Below are positions 1-8,216 of a stretch of DNA of 33,265 nt, piece by piece. The DNA lies in NCBI GenBank assembly GCA_964347045.1, contig CAYFXC010000019.1, positions 1 through 33,265 of the forward strand, read 5' to 3'. The notes below the pieces were generated by a model. That model had not been told where the DNA came from, ran no database searches, and worked only from the letters and a program-made list of their open reading frames with translations. Within the stretch, counting starts at the first letter, position 1, and each line of letters opens with the position of its first letter. The DNA is from an uncultured archaeon. GTDB taxonomy: Archaea; Asgardarchaeota; Hermodarchaeia; Hermodarchaeales; Hermodarchaeaceae. Position numbers and translations under genes: made by a program.

Positions 1-15
1 AACAAGAGGAATCGT

Positions 16-53
16 GCTATTCTGACACTTTTGCATGTTATTGTGACACTTTT
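16..53. repeat. Tandem 17-bp direct repeat with 21-bp period (GYTATTSTGACACTTTT x2)
   Basis: 16-32 GCTATTCTGACACTTTT vs 37-53 GTTATTGTGACACTTTT, 15/17 identical; core TGACACTTTT at 23-32 and 44-53. Confidence 0.75.
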
Positions 54-73
54 TGGCAGAATACAATGGTTAT

Positions 74-195
74 TGCATAATCTGGAGTTTCCCCGTGGTG
101 ATACCTTGGGAGACTTATGTGCGGTAAGGAGTCTGGGTATATAAATCCGAGAACACGGGTGTTGCACTTTGGTGGGGTGGACGACCATTTCTTTT
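74..195 (+). repeat. Structured non-coding repeat, copy 1 (ncRNA-like or recombination-site-like)
   Basis: Shares ordered blocks with 1092-1216: GATACYTTGG (100-109), TGTGCGGTA (118-126), AACACGGGTGTTG (152-164), TGGGGTGGACGACCA (173-187), then a T-rich tract. Confidence 0.8.
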
Positions 196-215
196 AGGTG
201 TATTTGGGTTAGTGA

Positions 216-1019
216 TTAGGCAAGTTTTGTGGCTTCGATGGCTAGGGAATGGGGGATTTTGTGGTGTTTTGCCATGGGAGGATGGGCTTTGATACCTTTT
301 TTGGTGGGTTGTGGTTCGTCGAGTTGGGTTATTGTGAAACCGTGGGTGGTTAGGGTTTTCATGTATTCGGATAGGGGTCGGTGGTATCCGGTGGTTGTGA
401 AGGGGGCGGGTAGTCGGTTATGTTTCCATTCGAAAGGGTAGCTATGGCTTTGGAGATAGTTGGATGTCCAGTTGTAGAGGTACTCTTTCGTTCCGTTTCG
501 ACGTGTGCGGGTTTTCCATCCACTTACTTGTTTTCCGTTCAAAACGCGCCAGAGTGAAAAACAGGGGTGCGCAAGTACAATGACGAGTCGTCCCTTTGGT
601 TTCAGAATGCGAGCGATTTCGGCAATTGTTCCCGCGTAATCGTGTATGTCCATTATCGCCATGTAACAATAGGCAACATCGAAGTGTTGCGATTGGAGCA
701 TGTGGAGGTCCGCAGCATCAGTGGCATAGTATGTGATGCCTAACGGATGGCGTTTTTCCTCAGCTATTGCAGCTTGTATCAGTGCTTCACTAATGTCAAT
801 TGCCGTAACCTTTGCACCGGCCTTTGCAAAAAATCGGGCAAAACATCCCTCGCCACAGCCTATATCCAACACTTTCATCCCCGCCACATTCCCCATCAAT
901 TGTATAAGGGCAGGACCATTCAAATGTTCGGAGTAGTAGTTCTTTCCACTTCGCACGAATTCTACCCAACTTTCGGCAGCCTTATTCCACTGCTCCCTAT
1001 TACCTTCACCAGATTTCAA
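216..1019 (-). CDS. Class I SAM-dependent methyltransferase
   Basis: Motif I VLDIGCGEG, AIDIS motif II, FDV..., RILKPKGRL; TTG start. Confidence 0.9.
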   Translation of the reverse strand: MKSGEGNREQWNKAAESWVEFVRSGKNYYSEHLNGPALIQLMGNVAGMKVLDIGCGEGCFARFFAKAGAKVTAIDISEALIQAAIAEEKRHPLGITYYATDAADLHMLQSQHFDVAYCYMAIMDIHDYAGTIAEIARILKPKGRLVIVLAHPCFSLWRVLNGKQVSGWKTRTRRNGTKEYLYNWTSNYLQSHSYPFEWKHNRLPAPFTTTGYHRPLSEYMKTLTTHGFTITQLDEPQPTKKGIKAHPPMAKHHKIPHSLAIEATKLA

Positions 1020-1091
1020 ATGATCAACTCCGGGTGTTTTAGCACTTTGTAATAAATCTATAGTGTACTCAGAAAAGTACCTGCCTAAGAA

Positions 1092-1216
1092 TGCATTTCT
1101 TCTGAGGTGTCCCTCGCAGGGATACTTTGGAAAGGGTGTGCGGTAGAAAGCGGGTGTATGTTGCCGGAAACACGGGTGTTGAACGCTTAGTTGGGGTGGA
1201 CGACCACTTTTTCTTT
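1092..1216 (+). repeat. Structured non-coding repeat, copy 2
   Basis: Blocks GATACTTTGG (1121-1130), TGTGCGGTA (1137-1145), AACACGGGTGTTG (1169-1181), TGGGGTGGACGACCA (1192-1206); 15-bp + strand hairpin 1100-1132. Confidence 0.8.
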
Positions 1217-1240
1217 GTAACCTAATTTGGCTAGCTAGAG

Positions 1241-1402
1241 CTATTTTTCGTTGAAATTTAGAATTGTGAGAAGTTGTTTAGCCTGTTTTTGGTCTGAAAT
1301 TTTTCGAACAATTTCCTTGATTTCATGTCCTGTTATTAGATAAAGGTTGAAGAATTGTGAAGAATTGTCCCAACGAGGATGGGCGTTGCTGTAGTATCTA
1401 TA
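1241..1402 (-). pseudogene. Possible 3' remnant of a gene ending just before repeat copy 2
   Basis: Start-less open frame YRYYSNAHPRWDNSSQFFNLYLITGHEIKEIVRKISDQKQAKQLLTILNFNEK*, bounded upstream by TGA; protein-like amphipathic pattern only. Confidence 0.3.
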
Positions 1403-1531
1403 TCAGCGATACTAGTCCTCCTCTTTTGAAGGGATTTGCTAGTGTGAATATGGTGTCAACTTAAGTTTCTGGAAAAGCTTGATTTTGTGGTTATTTTGAT
1501 TGCAGATAATGAATGATTTTAAATTTCAGCA

Positions 1532-1801
1532 TCATGGCCACAACAAATCGAGAAATCGAATAATGCTGTCTAAAATTCCTGCGGGGATTATACCGATTGC
1601 TGCTAGTAGGCTGATTATAGTTAATGGAAGCATGATAATGTTGATTATAATGAAATAGCGCCAAAAATCTTGGCGGGAAACTTTGTTTATCTTGTATAGG
1701 ATAATCGCTCCTACGAGCATTATGAGCCAAAGTGCAGCAAAGAAATAGAGTCCTATGATCGGATGTCCAAGGTTATATATTTGGATTAGAAAGTCACTCA
1801 C
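1532..1801 (-). CDS. Small membrane protein, 2 TM, hypothetical
   Basis: 89 aa, two long hydrophobic segments separated by a basic loop. Confidence 0.65.
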   Translation of the reverse strand: MSDFLIQIYNLGHPIIGLYFFAALWLIMLVGAIILYKINKVSRQDFWRYFIIINIIMLPLTIISLLAAIGIIPAGILDSIIRFLDLLWP

Positions 1802-2040
1802 ATCCTGATTCCTTTTAGTGATTAATGTTTTTTAGACTTGTGTGGGCTTGAAATAGTGATTGGCCATGCTATCAAATATGCAAGAATAACATAATATTGT
1901 TAAGATTCCGTGTGAATATAAACCGATAATTAGCGTATAGTTTAGAATTTTGCCTAATTTAAATAACTTCTGTTTGACTAAATCTGAGTAAAAAAATCCT
2001 GACTCCTATTATCAAATAGACAAACCGCTTAAAGTATTTT

Positions 2041-2517
2041 TTATTTTGTTTTTATTATTTCAGTATCTGCGTACCTTCCTGTCATAAAGCGAATGATCTT
2101 CCATTGATCATCTGATGAGAGTTGCCAGATTTCCAGAAGTCGTCCGTATACTTTCTCAGTCGGTCCTCCGTTAAGAGGTGTACGTACCTCGATGAAACTT
2201 CCAAGTGCATGGGCTCTGCGTTCATATAAATCGATGAGTTCTCGATTTGGACTAAAAGAGTCTGTCGTGTACTTTGAAATAATGTTGTCAAAGGCCTGTT
2301 GGATAGATTCTCGACCTATGATGTCTTCCGTATGAGGGAACATGAGACCTGCGTCTTCAGCGAAGAAATTACACATATCTTTTGCGCGATCCTCGGAAAA
2401 GGTTCGATCGAGTTCTGCGTTTGTGTTTAACAGAGATTCTTTGTGTAAAACACGCAAGTTGGATAATCCCTGGTCTTCTTTTTGAGACATTTTTTCAGGA
2501 TCGAAATTATTTGGCAT
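2041..2517 (-). CDS. NTF2-like/SnoaL (DUF4440-like) protein
   Basis: FFAEDA.L.......IIGRESI, C-terminal W.L..D..WKI pattern. Confidence 0.75.
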   Translation of the reverse strand: MPNNFDPEKMSQKEDQGLSNLRVLHKESLLNTNAELDRTFSEDRAKDMCNFFAEDAGLMFPHTEDIIGRESIQQAFDNIISKYTTDSFSPNRELIDLYERRAHALGSFIEVRTPLNGGPTEKVYGRLLEIWQLSSDDQWKIIRFMTGRYADTEIIKTK

Positions 2518-2765
2518 ATTATCAACTTTATTAGCTTTCAGAGATAATATTTACTCAATTATGTGAATAGCAAAAGGAGTATGATAATTTCTTAGAAAAT
2601 TAGATCTGGTTTGCAAATACAGAATGTACGATTTGTTTTGTTTTAGGAGAATTAATCCTGCGTTCACAAACTAGCTAGTCTTCAATACTCGAAACTAGGT
2701 CTAAATCGATGATCTTATCGGCTTCGATTTCGTAGATTTTTTAATATATCTCGATTTTTCTTTCA

Positions 2766-3689
2766 TCACGAGTGTGTAGATTTTTTGTAGCTTCGACGAA
2801 TAAGCAAAACCACAACCGCTGAAATTAGCGATATTCCAGCAACAGCAATAATGGTTTTTATGAGTGAGTCATTTTGCAAACCTAAAGGAGGTTCTGGGTT
2901 CCAATTATCATAATTATTTAGAATAACAACATCACAGTCTGCTAGTTCTGTGAATCTTTGTGCATCAAAATAACTACCTGTGAAATCATTGTACCCATTC
3001 CACCCATAATGCATTGGAATTGCATACCTTAAATCAGATTGAATCTTGAGGTCTTCAACTGAATCTGCAGCCTCTGAAGCGGTCATCCACGCATACCCGG
3101 AGACAGGCAGGAGGGCAATATCTGTGGTAATGGATTGCATTTCAGGTATGCGATCTGTATCACCAGCGTGATATATTCGTAATGTGCCAAAATCCATGAT
3201 TACTCCCAAACTTTGGTGTTCAGGTGGATGAAAGAGATTTCCATCTGGTCGGTGTTTATTAACATTATAGGCAGGAACGAATTCAAAGGTGACACCAGGA
3301 TAGGTTAAAGTTTCACCAGGTTCAACTTGAAGATTCCAGCCCGGTGTTTGAGTAGAGGTGATGACAACGGTATTAGCATCGGTTATTTGAGCAATGTCCC
3401 CCGATGAATAATGTGGTCTGTGGTCATGTGTGATTATAATAAAATCCGCAAATTCAGTTATCTCGGGCAGACTAATTGGATCAATGTAGACGACTGTGGT
3501 TGCCGATTTGAATTTGAATCCTTCGTTGTAAAACCATCGGATACTCACACCATTATAGGTAAATTCGTTTCCCGCTTGGATAACCACTTTTGCCGTCACT
3601 GTTTGCTCTAGGTTCATATTAATGAGAATTACCAAGAAGAAAACTATGATGAGAGTGAAATTACGAGTACCTGATTTCATTGGATTCAC
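2766..3689 (-). CDS. Membrane-anchored MBL-fold metallo-hydrolase (UPF0173-like)
   Basis: VYIDP, ITHDHRPH, YHAGDT, ALLPVSG, IPMHYG; N-terminal signal peptide and C-terminal TM with basic tail. Confidence 0.85.
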   Translation of the reverse strand: MNPMKSGTRNFTLIIVFFLVILINMNLEQTVTAKVVIQAGNEFTYNGVSIRWFYNEGFKFKSATTVVYIDPISLPEITEFADFIIITHDHRPHYSSGDIAQITDANTVVITSTQTPGWNLQVEPGETLTYPGVTFEFVPAYNVNKHRPDGNLFHPPEHQSLGVIMDFGTLRIYHAGDTDRIPEMQSITTDIALLPVSGYAWMTASEAADSVEDLKIQSDLRYAIPMHYGWNGYNDFTGSYFDAQRFTELADCDVVILNNYDNWNPEPPLGLQNDSLIKTIIAVAGISLISAVVVLLIRRSYKKSTHS

Positions 3690-3821
3690 CGATTCTCAAA
3701 ATGAGATTAATGTACATATATTCTTTGAAACCAGAACCTGCACTTTCTAATGGAAAATCATGTGAATTTGCCCTGAAACGGAACAAAGTGGTTCTGTAAA
3801 GTTCTTTTTAGGTCTGACTTT

Positions 3822-4178
3822 TTAGCTGTTTGAAGGATATAGAGCTGCACCAATAAGGATGAGCAGTCCAGGAATTGTACCCGTAAATATCATTCCCACA
3901 ATTCCTGTCGTGATCAGTCTTTTCTTGTGCTTTGGAATATCATGACGCCACCGAAGCCAGATAGCGGCAAGTATGAGCCCAAATATTCCTGCAAATGTTA
4001 GAAAACCTAGTAAGAGGGCTGTCCACCACCCGAAAGCAGCCCAAAAAAGCGGGTCTATGAGGACCGGCCATAAGAGCCACAACATCCATACGTTAATTAA
4101 TATGATGAAGATCGAGAAAGGAATTTGAAGCCACGCCCCTGCATTGGTCAGTGTCGAAGGCGTTTCTGTATCTGTCAT
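3822..4178 (-). CDS. Small membrane protein, hypothetical
   Basis: 118 aa, 3-4 hydrophobic segments, C-terminal G..PGLLILIGA. Confidence 0.7.
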   Translation of the reverse strand: MTDTETPSTLTNAGAWLQIPFSIFIILINVWMLWLLWPVLIDPLFWAAFGWWTALLLGFLTFAGIFGLILAAIWLRWRHDIPKHKKRLITTGIVGMIFTGTIPGLLILIGAALYPSNS

Positions 4179-4301
4179 TTTTTCATCTCGAGTTTTTATT
4201 CCTTCGTTATAATTTAAAATCTTCCTTATGTGGCTTTAATATTGATTTTACTTCAAACACTACAAGAATTTCTAATGAGTGATCAAGATGTTGGGGGCAA
4301 A

Positions 4302-6341
4302 TTATTCTGTTATCTTTCTTCTTTTTCGAATTATACAAACACTCGCGACTACGACAGAGGAAATAATGGTAATAATGGCAATGCTGCCTGCGACAATTCC
4401 ATTTGTTGGATCTATTCCTATCATGAATGTATAATATTCTCCATTACGTGTATCTTGCACAATGTTGTCATTATAGTCTTGCACTTCAATATAGAAAAGT
4501 ATCTGAGATCCTGCAGGAAATGGGCCTATATCCGCACTAAATATGTCAGATTCAATCAGGAATAATCGTCGGTGTTTCCAATACGAGTTGTCTATGCTGA
4601 ATATGACTTGGACATTGTAGATGTCTGCGCCTAGTGGGTTTTGGGTTATTCGGGCTGATACTTGAATAGTGGTTGTTTCGAAGGGCTGTCGGGGCCAGAA
4701 TGAAACCTCTAGAATTTGGGGGAGATATTGTACAACCTCAACGTAAACTACAGAGGTGTTCGTATATCCATTTGCATCTATTGCTCGAACTTGGATACTA
4801 GTGGATCCATTTCCGGTGACGGTCCAATTATAGAAATAGCGTTTATTGAAGATGTGAGTTGAGGCCAAACGCCATTTTGTATTATTAATATTGACTTGAA
4901 CAGCTACTATAGGGTAACCGTCAAGATCGGATGTATTTATCCAAATTGTGTATGGTGTGCCTTGAGGGATTTGGTCGCCTGAAGAAGGAGAAGTAATGGC
5001 ACAATTGAGACCTTTATCAACTCGAAAATTACGGTGAGCGTGAGTCATCCAACCAGCTGAGTCAAAGACTCGTGCACGGATACTTGTCAACCCATATACC
5101 CCAGTAGCATTCCAGTAATAGGTAGAATGAGTGGAGTTCATTCCCGTGGTGATATCAATCCAAGGGGCATTATTTATTGAAAGTTCAACTTTGTTTACAT
5201 CATTATGTGAATCAGAAATTTCTAAAACGAGAGGAACATTGTCCGTTGGTGGGACAAACTGTGTTGGGGTTGGTGGAACAAACGCCACATTAGGAAATCC
5301 TGGAATTGTTGATACAATGGTGGCGAAATCAGCTAGAGCCGCTGCTGCATTTTTTGTCACTTGTGTTCCTAATTCAAAGGAGTAATCCGGTTGGTTTAGG
5401 GCATCGGCTGAGGAATGAATATACGGATTGCCAAGACCCCCATATTCAAAGAACCACACTGCAGGATCGTTATAGTTCCAAAATGGTGAATGATCACTCA
5501 TTGTTAAGCCAGGAGCGTAGCGAGTGCTAACAGGCAGATTATAAGCGAGTCCAATGGTTTCAGCATGGGTGGCCAAAACTTCACTTGCACCCCCATTGTG
5601 AATGATTTCATATTTTGTATCTACAGGGGCGGATGGATTGTCCCAGATTATCATATCGAAATTGTAGACAGAAGCAATAGGTATGTTACTATCATGAAGG
5701 TAATCGGCAAAAGCACTGCTTCCAAATAATCCGATTTCCTCTGCGTCAAATGCAACAAAATAAAAGGTGTAATTAAATTGATATCGGGAAAGAACCCGAG
5801 CGATTTCAAGAACCGCTGCGACGCCGGAACCATTATCATCGGCTCCTTTTGAGGATGCAGGAAAGGTGTCGTAGTGTGCTCCTACAACGATACATTCGTT
5901 ATTATGGATACTTGCTCCTGGAAGTTTTCCCACCACATTAGTGGCAGATGATCCAAATTCCTGGAAGGAAACCTCTAGCCCTGCTTCTTCAAATTGCTGA
6001 GCAATATATTCAGCTGCTTGTTCATTTCCCTCAGTATCATAGACTCTACTGCCAATAGTGTTTGATAGATGGTTTAGATAATTTTGAAAGCTGGATAGAG
6101 AAATTTGATCAATTATTGCAGGTATTGGAACTGGTTCTTGTGGCTGATAGTTCTCCTCAAATATATAACTTGAAGATAATGGGTGTGGCAAGTATTGAGA
6201 GCTGCTTGTTTCTTGTGAAATAGGAGCTATCTGCGTTTCACTTGTCTGATCTGTTACAGCGTTGAAGGTAGGGGATGGATTGAAAAGGGCAACACCCATG
6301 ATACAAAATGCCAGAATTAAAAATGTAAACTTTCGATTCAA
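4302..6341 (-). CDS. Secreted, membrane-anchored M28 family metallo-aminopeptidase with Ig-like domains
   Basis: GAHYDT, GADDNGSG, DAEEIG, NFDM, SDH, YIHS motifs; signal peptide; beta-rich repeats (Y.WN.T....I.ARA.D..G); C-terminal TM + RKRRK. Confidence 0.9.
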   Translation of the reverse strand: MNRKFTFLILAFCIMGVALFNPSPTFNAVTDQTSETQIAPISQETSSSQYLPHPLSSSYIFEENYQPQEPVPIPAIIDQISLSSFQNYLNHLSNTIGSRVYDTEGNEQAAEYIAQQFEEAGLEVSFQEFGSSATNVVGKLPGASIHNNECIVVGAHYDTFPASSKGADDNGSGVAAVLEIARVLSRYQFNYTFYFVAFDAEEIGLFGSSAFADYLHDSNIPIASVYNFDMIIWDNPSAPVDTKYEIIHNGGASEVLATHAETIGLAYNLPVSTRYAPGLTMSDHSPFWNYNDPAVWFFEYGGLGNPYIHSSADALNQPDYSFELGTQVTKNAAAALADFATIVSTIPGFPNVAFVPPTPTQFVPPTDNVPLVLEISDSHNDVNKVELSINNAPWIDITTGMNSTHSTYYWNATGVYGLTSIRARVFDSAGWMTHAHRNFRVDKGLNCAITSPSSGDQIPQGTPYTIWINTSDLDGYPIVAVQVNINNTKWRLASTHIFNKRYFYNWTVTGNGSTSIQVRAIDANGYTNTSVVYVEVVQYLPQILEVSFWPRQPFETTTIQVSARITQNPLGADIYNVQVIFSIDNSYWKHRRLFLIESDIFSADIGPFPAGSQILFYIEVQDYNDNIVQDTRNGEYYTFMIGIDPTNGIVAGSIAIITIISSVVVASVCIIRKRRKITE

Positions 6342-6455
6342 AGAAACTCCACATTTGATAACTATAGAATTTAAAGTAAAACTTGATTGTTTTATGCTTT
6401 ATTGATATTACATAGAAAATCTTTACTGGTAAATTTACATGCTTCTTTTGGTATT

Positions 6456-6944
6456 TTACTTCTTATGTATTAGTAATGTAAGAGAACGTTGAATGGTTTG
6501 ACGCATTGAAGGATTTAAAGCCCGTCGCATTAGTTGTTGTAATGGTTCAATGGCTCTGGAATCTCCTAGCTGCCCTAATGCATAGGCTGCAGCCACACGA
6601 ACTTGAAAGTTGGCATCATTTAGTCGATCAATTAGTGGAAGCACGGCTTCAGTATCACCAAGCCGACCAAGTTCACGACAGGCCACCATTCGAGCACCAG
6701 GATCATTACTGCGTAAGCGTATCAACACTGGTGCAAGGACCCAATCCGCACCAACTTTTTCAAAGGCTTGAACCACGGCTTTTCGAACAAGTGGTGAACT
6801 GTCGTGCATAGCTATGCCAAGGGCTTCGTAGGCTGGTCCATTTCGCATCGCACCCAATTCAGAGACAGCGCGAGCTCGTTCATGAGGGTCTGGGTGGGTT
6901 TGCAAAATCTTAGCTAATGAATCAATTTTCTCAGGGTCAATCAA
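6456..6944 (-). CDS. HEAT (PBS-lyase-like) repeat protein
   Basis: Repeated L.D....VR..AA.ALG.LGD..A..PL units. Confidence 0.85.
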   Translation of the reverse strand: MIDPEKIDSLAKILQTHPDPHERARAVSELGAMRNGPAYEALGIAMHDSSPLVRKAVVQAFEKVGADWVLAPVLIRLRSNDPGARMVACRELGRLGDTEAVLPLIDRLNDANFQVRVAAAYALGQLGDSRAIEPLQQLMRRALNPSMRQTIQRSLTLLIHKK

Positions 6945-7415
6945 AACCTACACCCTTCACATTGATACATCATAACCATCGGTTTTCTTACGTAAAAAGC
7001 TGTGTGGCGGATTGTAATGTTTAATAGTTTTTCTAACTTTTAATTAATTATAGTTCTAGGGCTCATTGACTTGGCTTAAAAATGTAGTTAGGGAATGGTG
7101 GAGCGGGTTACAGATATTTAGAACGCCTATTTGATGATATTAAGAACCTAGTGATACCACCTTGAAATGAAATAGCAGAGCTGTTCTAGCAGTTGCTTAG
7201 AGTGTATTTTTATTAGGTGATTTGTGAATTCGAAAGTTAAACTTTAGAGTACGAATTCAGATTGTGTATATGACTGTAGGTTTTGAGGAAAAAACGTATT
7301 GGCCTTTTTTCCCGAAGAAACTCTTGATACGAGCTAACGGTTATTAAGGCTTCTAACATCGGCAACTCTCATAAAGGGATAACCATTTAATCTGGTTAGA
7401 TTGATGTGATGCCAT

Positions 7416-7745
7416 ATGAATGAAGCAAAAAACGGTGATACCGTTCGTGTACACTATGTTGGGAAATTTCCTGGTGGAAAAGTGTTTGACACTTCTTTAG
7501 AGAAAGAAGCAGTTCGAGCAGGCATCTACAATAAAGGGCGGGATTACAAACCTCTTAAAGTAACTTTAGGTGCTGGACAAGTCATCAAAGGCTTTAACGA
7601 TGCTATTGTCGGTCTTAAACCCGGTGAAGAAAAAACCGTGGTCCTGCCTCCTGAACAAGCCTATGGTAAGAAGGGCAGCCATCCTATGGCAGGAAAAACC
7701 CTTGAGTTTCGAATTATACTCGTAGATATCATTGATAATGACTAA
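7416..7745 (+). CDS. Archaeal-type FKBP peptidyl-prolyl isomerase (short form)
   Basis: GDTVRVHYVG, VFDTS, GAGQVIKGF, PPEQAYG, HPMAGKTL. Confidence 0.9.
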   Translation: MNEAKNGDTVRVHYVGKFPGGKVFDTSLEKEAVRAGIYNKGRDYKPLKVTLGAGQVIKGFNDAIVGLKPGEEKTVVLPPEQAYGKKGSHPMAGKTLEFRIILVDIIDND

Positions 7746-7755
7746 TTTCCTTCAT

Positions 7756-8098
7756 CTGGTACCCTGAACGGAAGAAAGCATTCTATATCTTGCTAGTTTG
7801 GTTAGACAAGTGAATCTTATTGGGAGGTATGAAGAGAAGCTATTTCCAAAACAGCCTAAACTAGTTGAGGAGTTTGGATAAGCACGGTGGGATGATCTCC
7901 ATGCTGGAAAATATATTATTGAACTTGTAGCGATACGAGCTAAATTTCCTCTCTCAATGTTTCCACTTAATCCAGCACCCTTCATTAATCAGATTACTCA
8001 ACTTAGCTTTATCTGGTATATTGTATAACGTCTTAACCAAGCAGGCAATGAAGTGGTATTAAATTATCCAAGGTTTAGAAATTTCTGGAGTTGTAAGT
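7756..8098 (+). pseudogene. Possible degraded gene with in-frame stops
   Basis: One frame reads protein-like across TGA 7765-7767, TAA 7879-7881 and TAA 8026-8028 (...VEEFG*ARWDDLHAGKYIIELV...). Confidence 0.35.
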
Positions 8099-8216
8099 TT
8101 AGCTATTTTTGGAATCTAATATGGTTTATAATACATAAAAAATTCGATAATGGAGAACCGCCTTTAATAATCTAAATACCATTAGAGTTACGTTTAAATA
8201 GTGCTTTCCGCGCTCC

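Noticed and set aside
74-1216. CRISPR array, canonical integron attC or archaeal ORB origin interpretation of the repeat
   Set aside because: There are only two long degenerate copies ~1 kb apart. I see no RYYYAAC/GTTRRRY-bounded single hairpin, no clear ORB consensus, and no cas, intI or cdc6 gene in the window.
7225-7259. Inverted repeat TGAATTCG...CGAATTCA in the HEAT/FKBP divergent intergenic region
   Set aside because: It is a single short AT-rich occurrence with a self-palindromic core. It could be an operator but cannot be told apart from chance.
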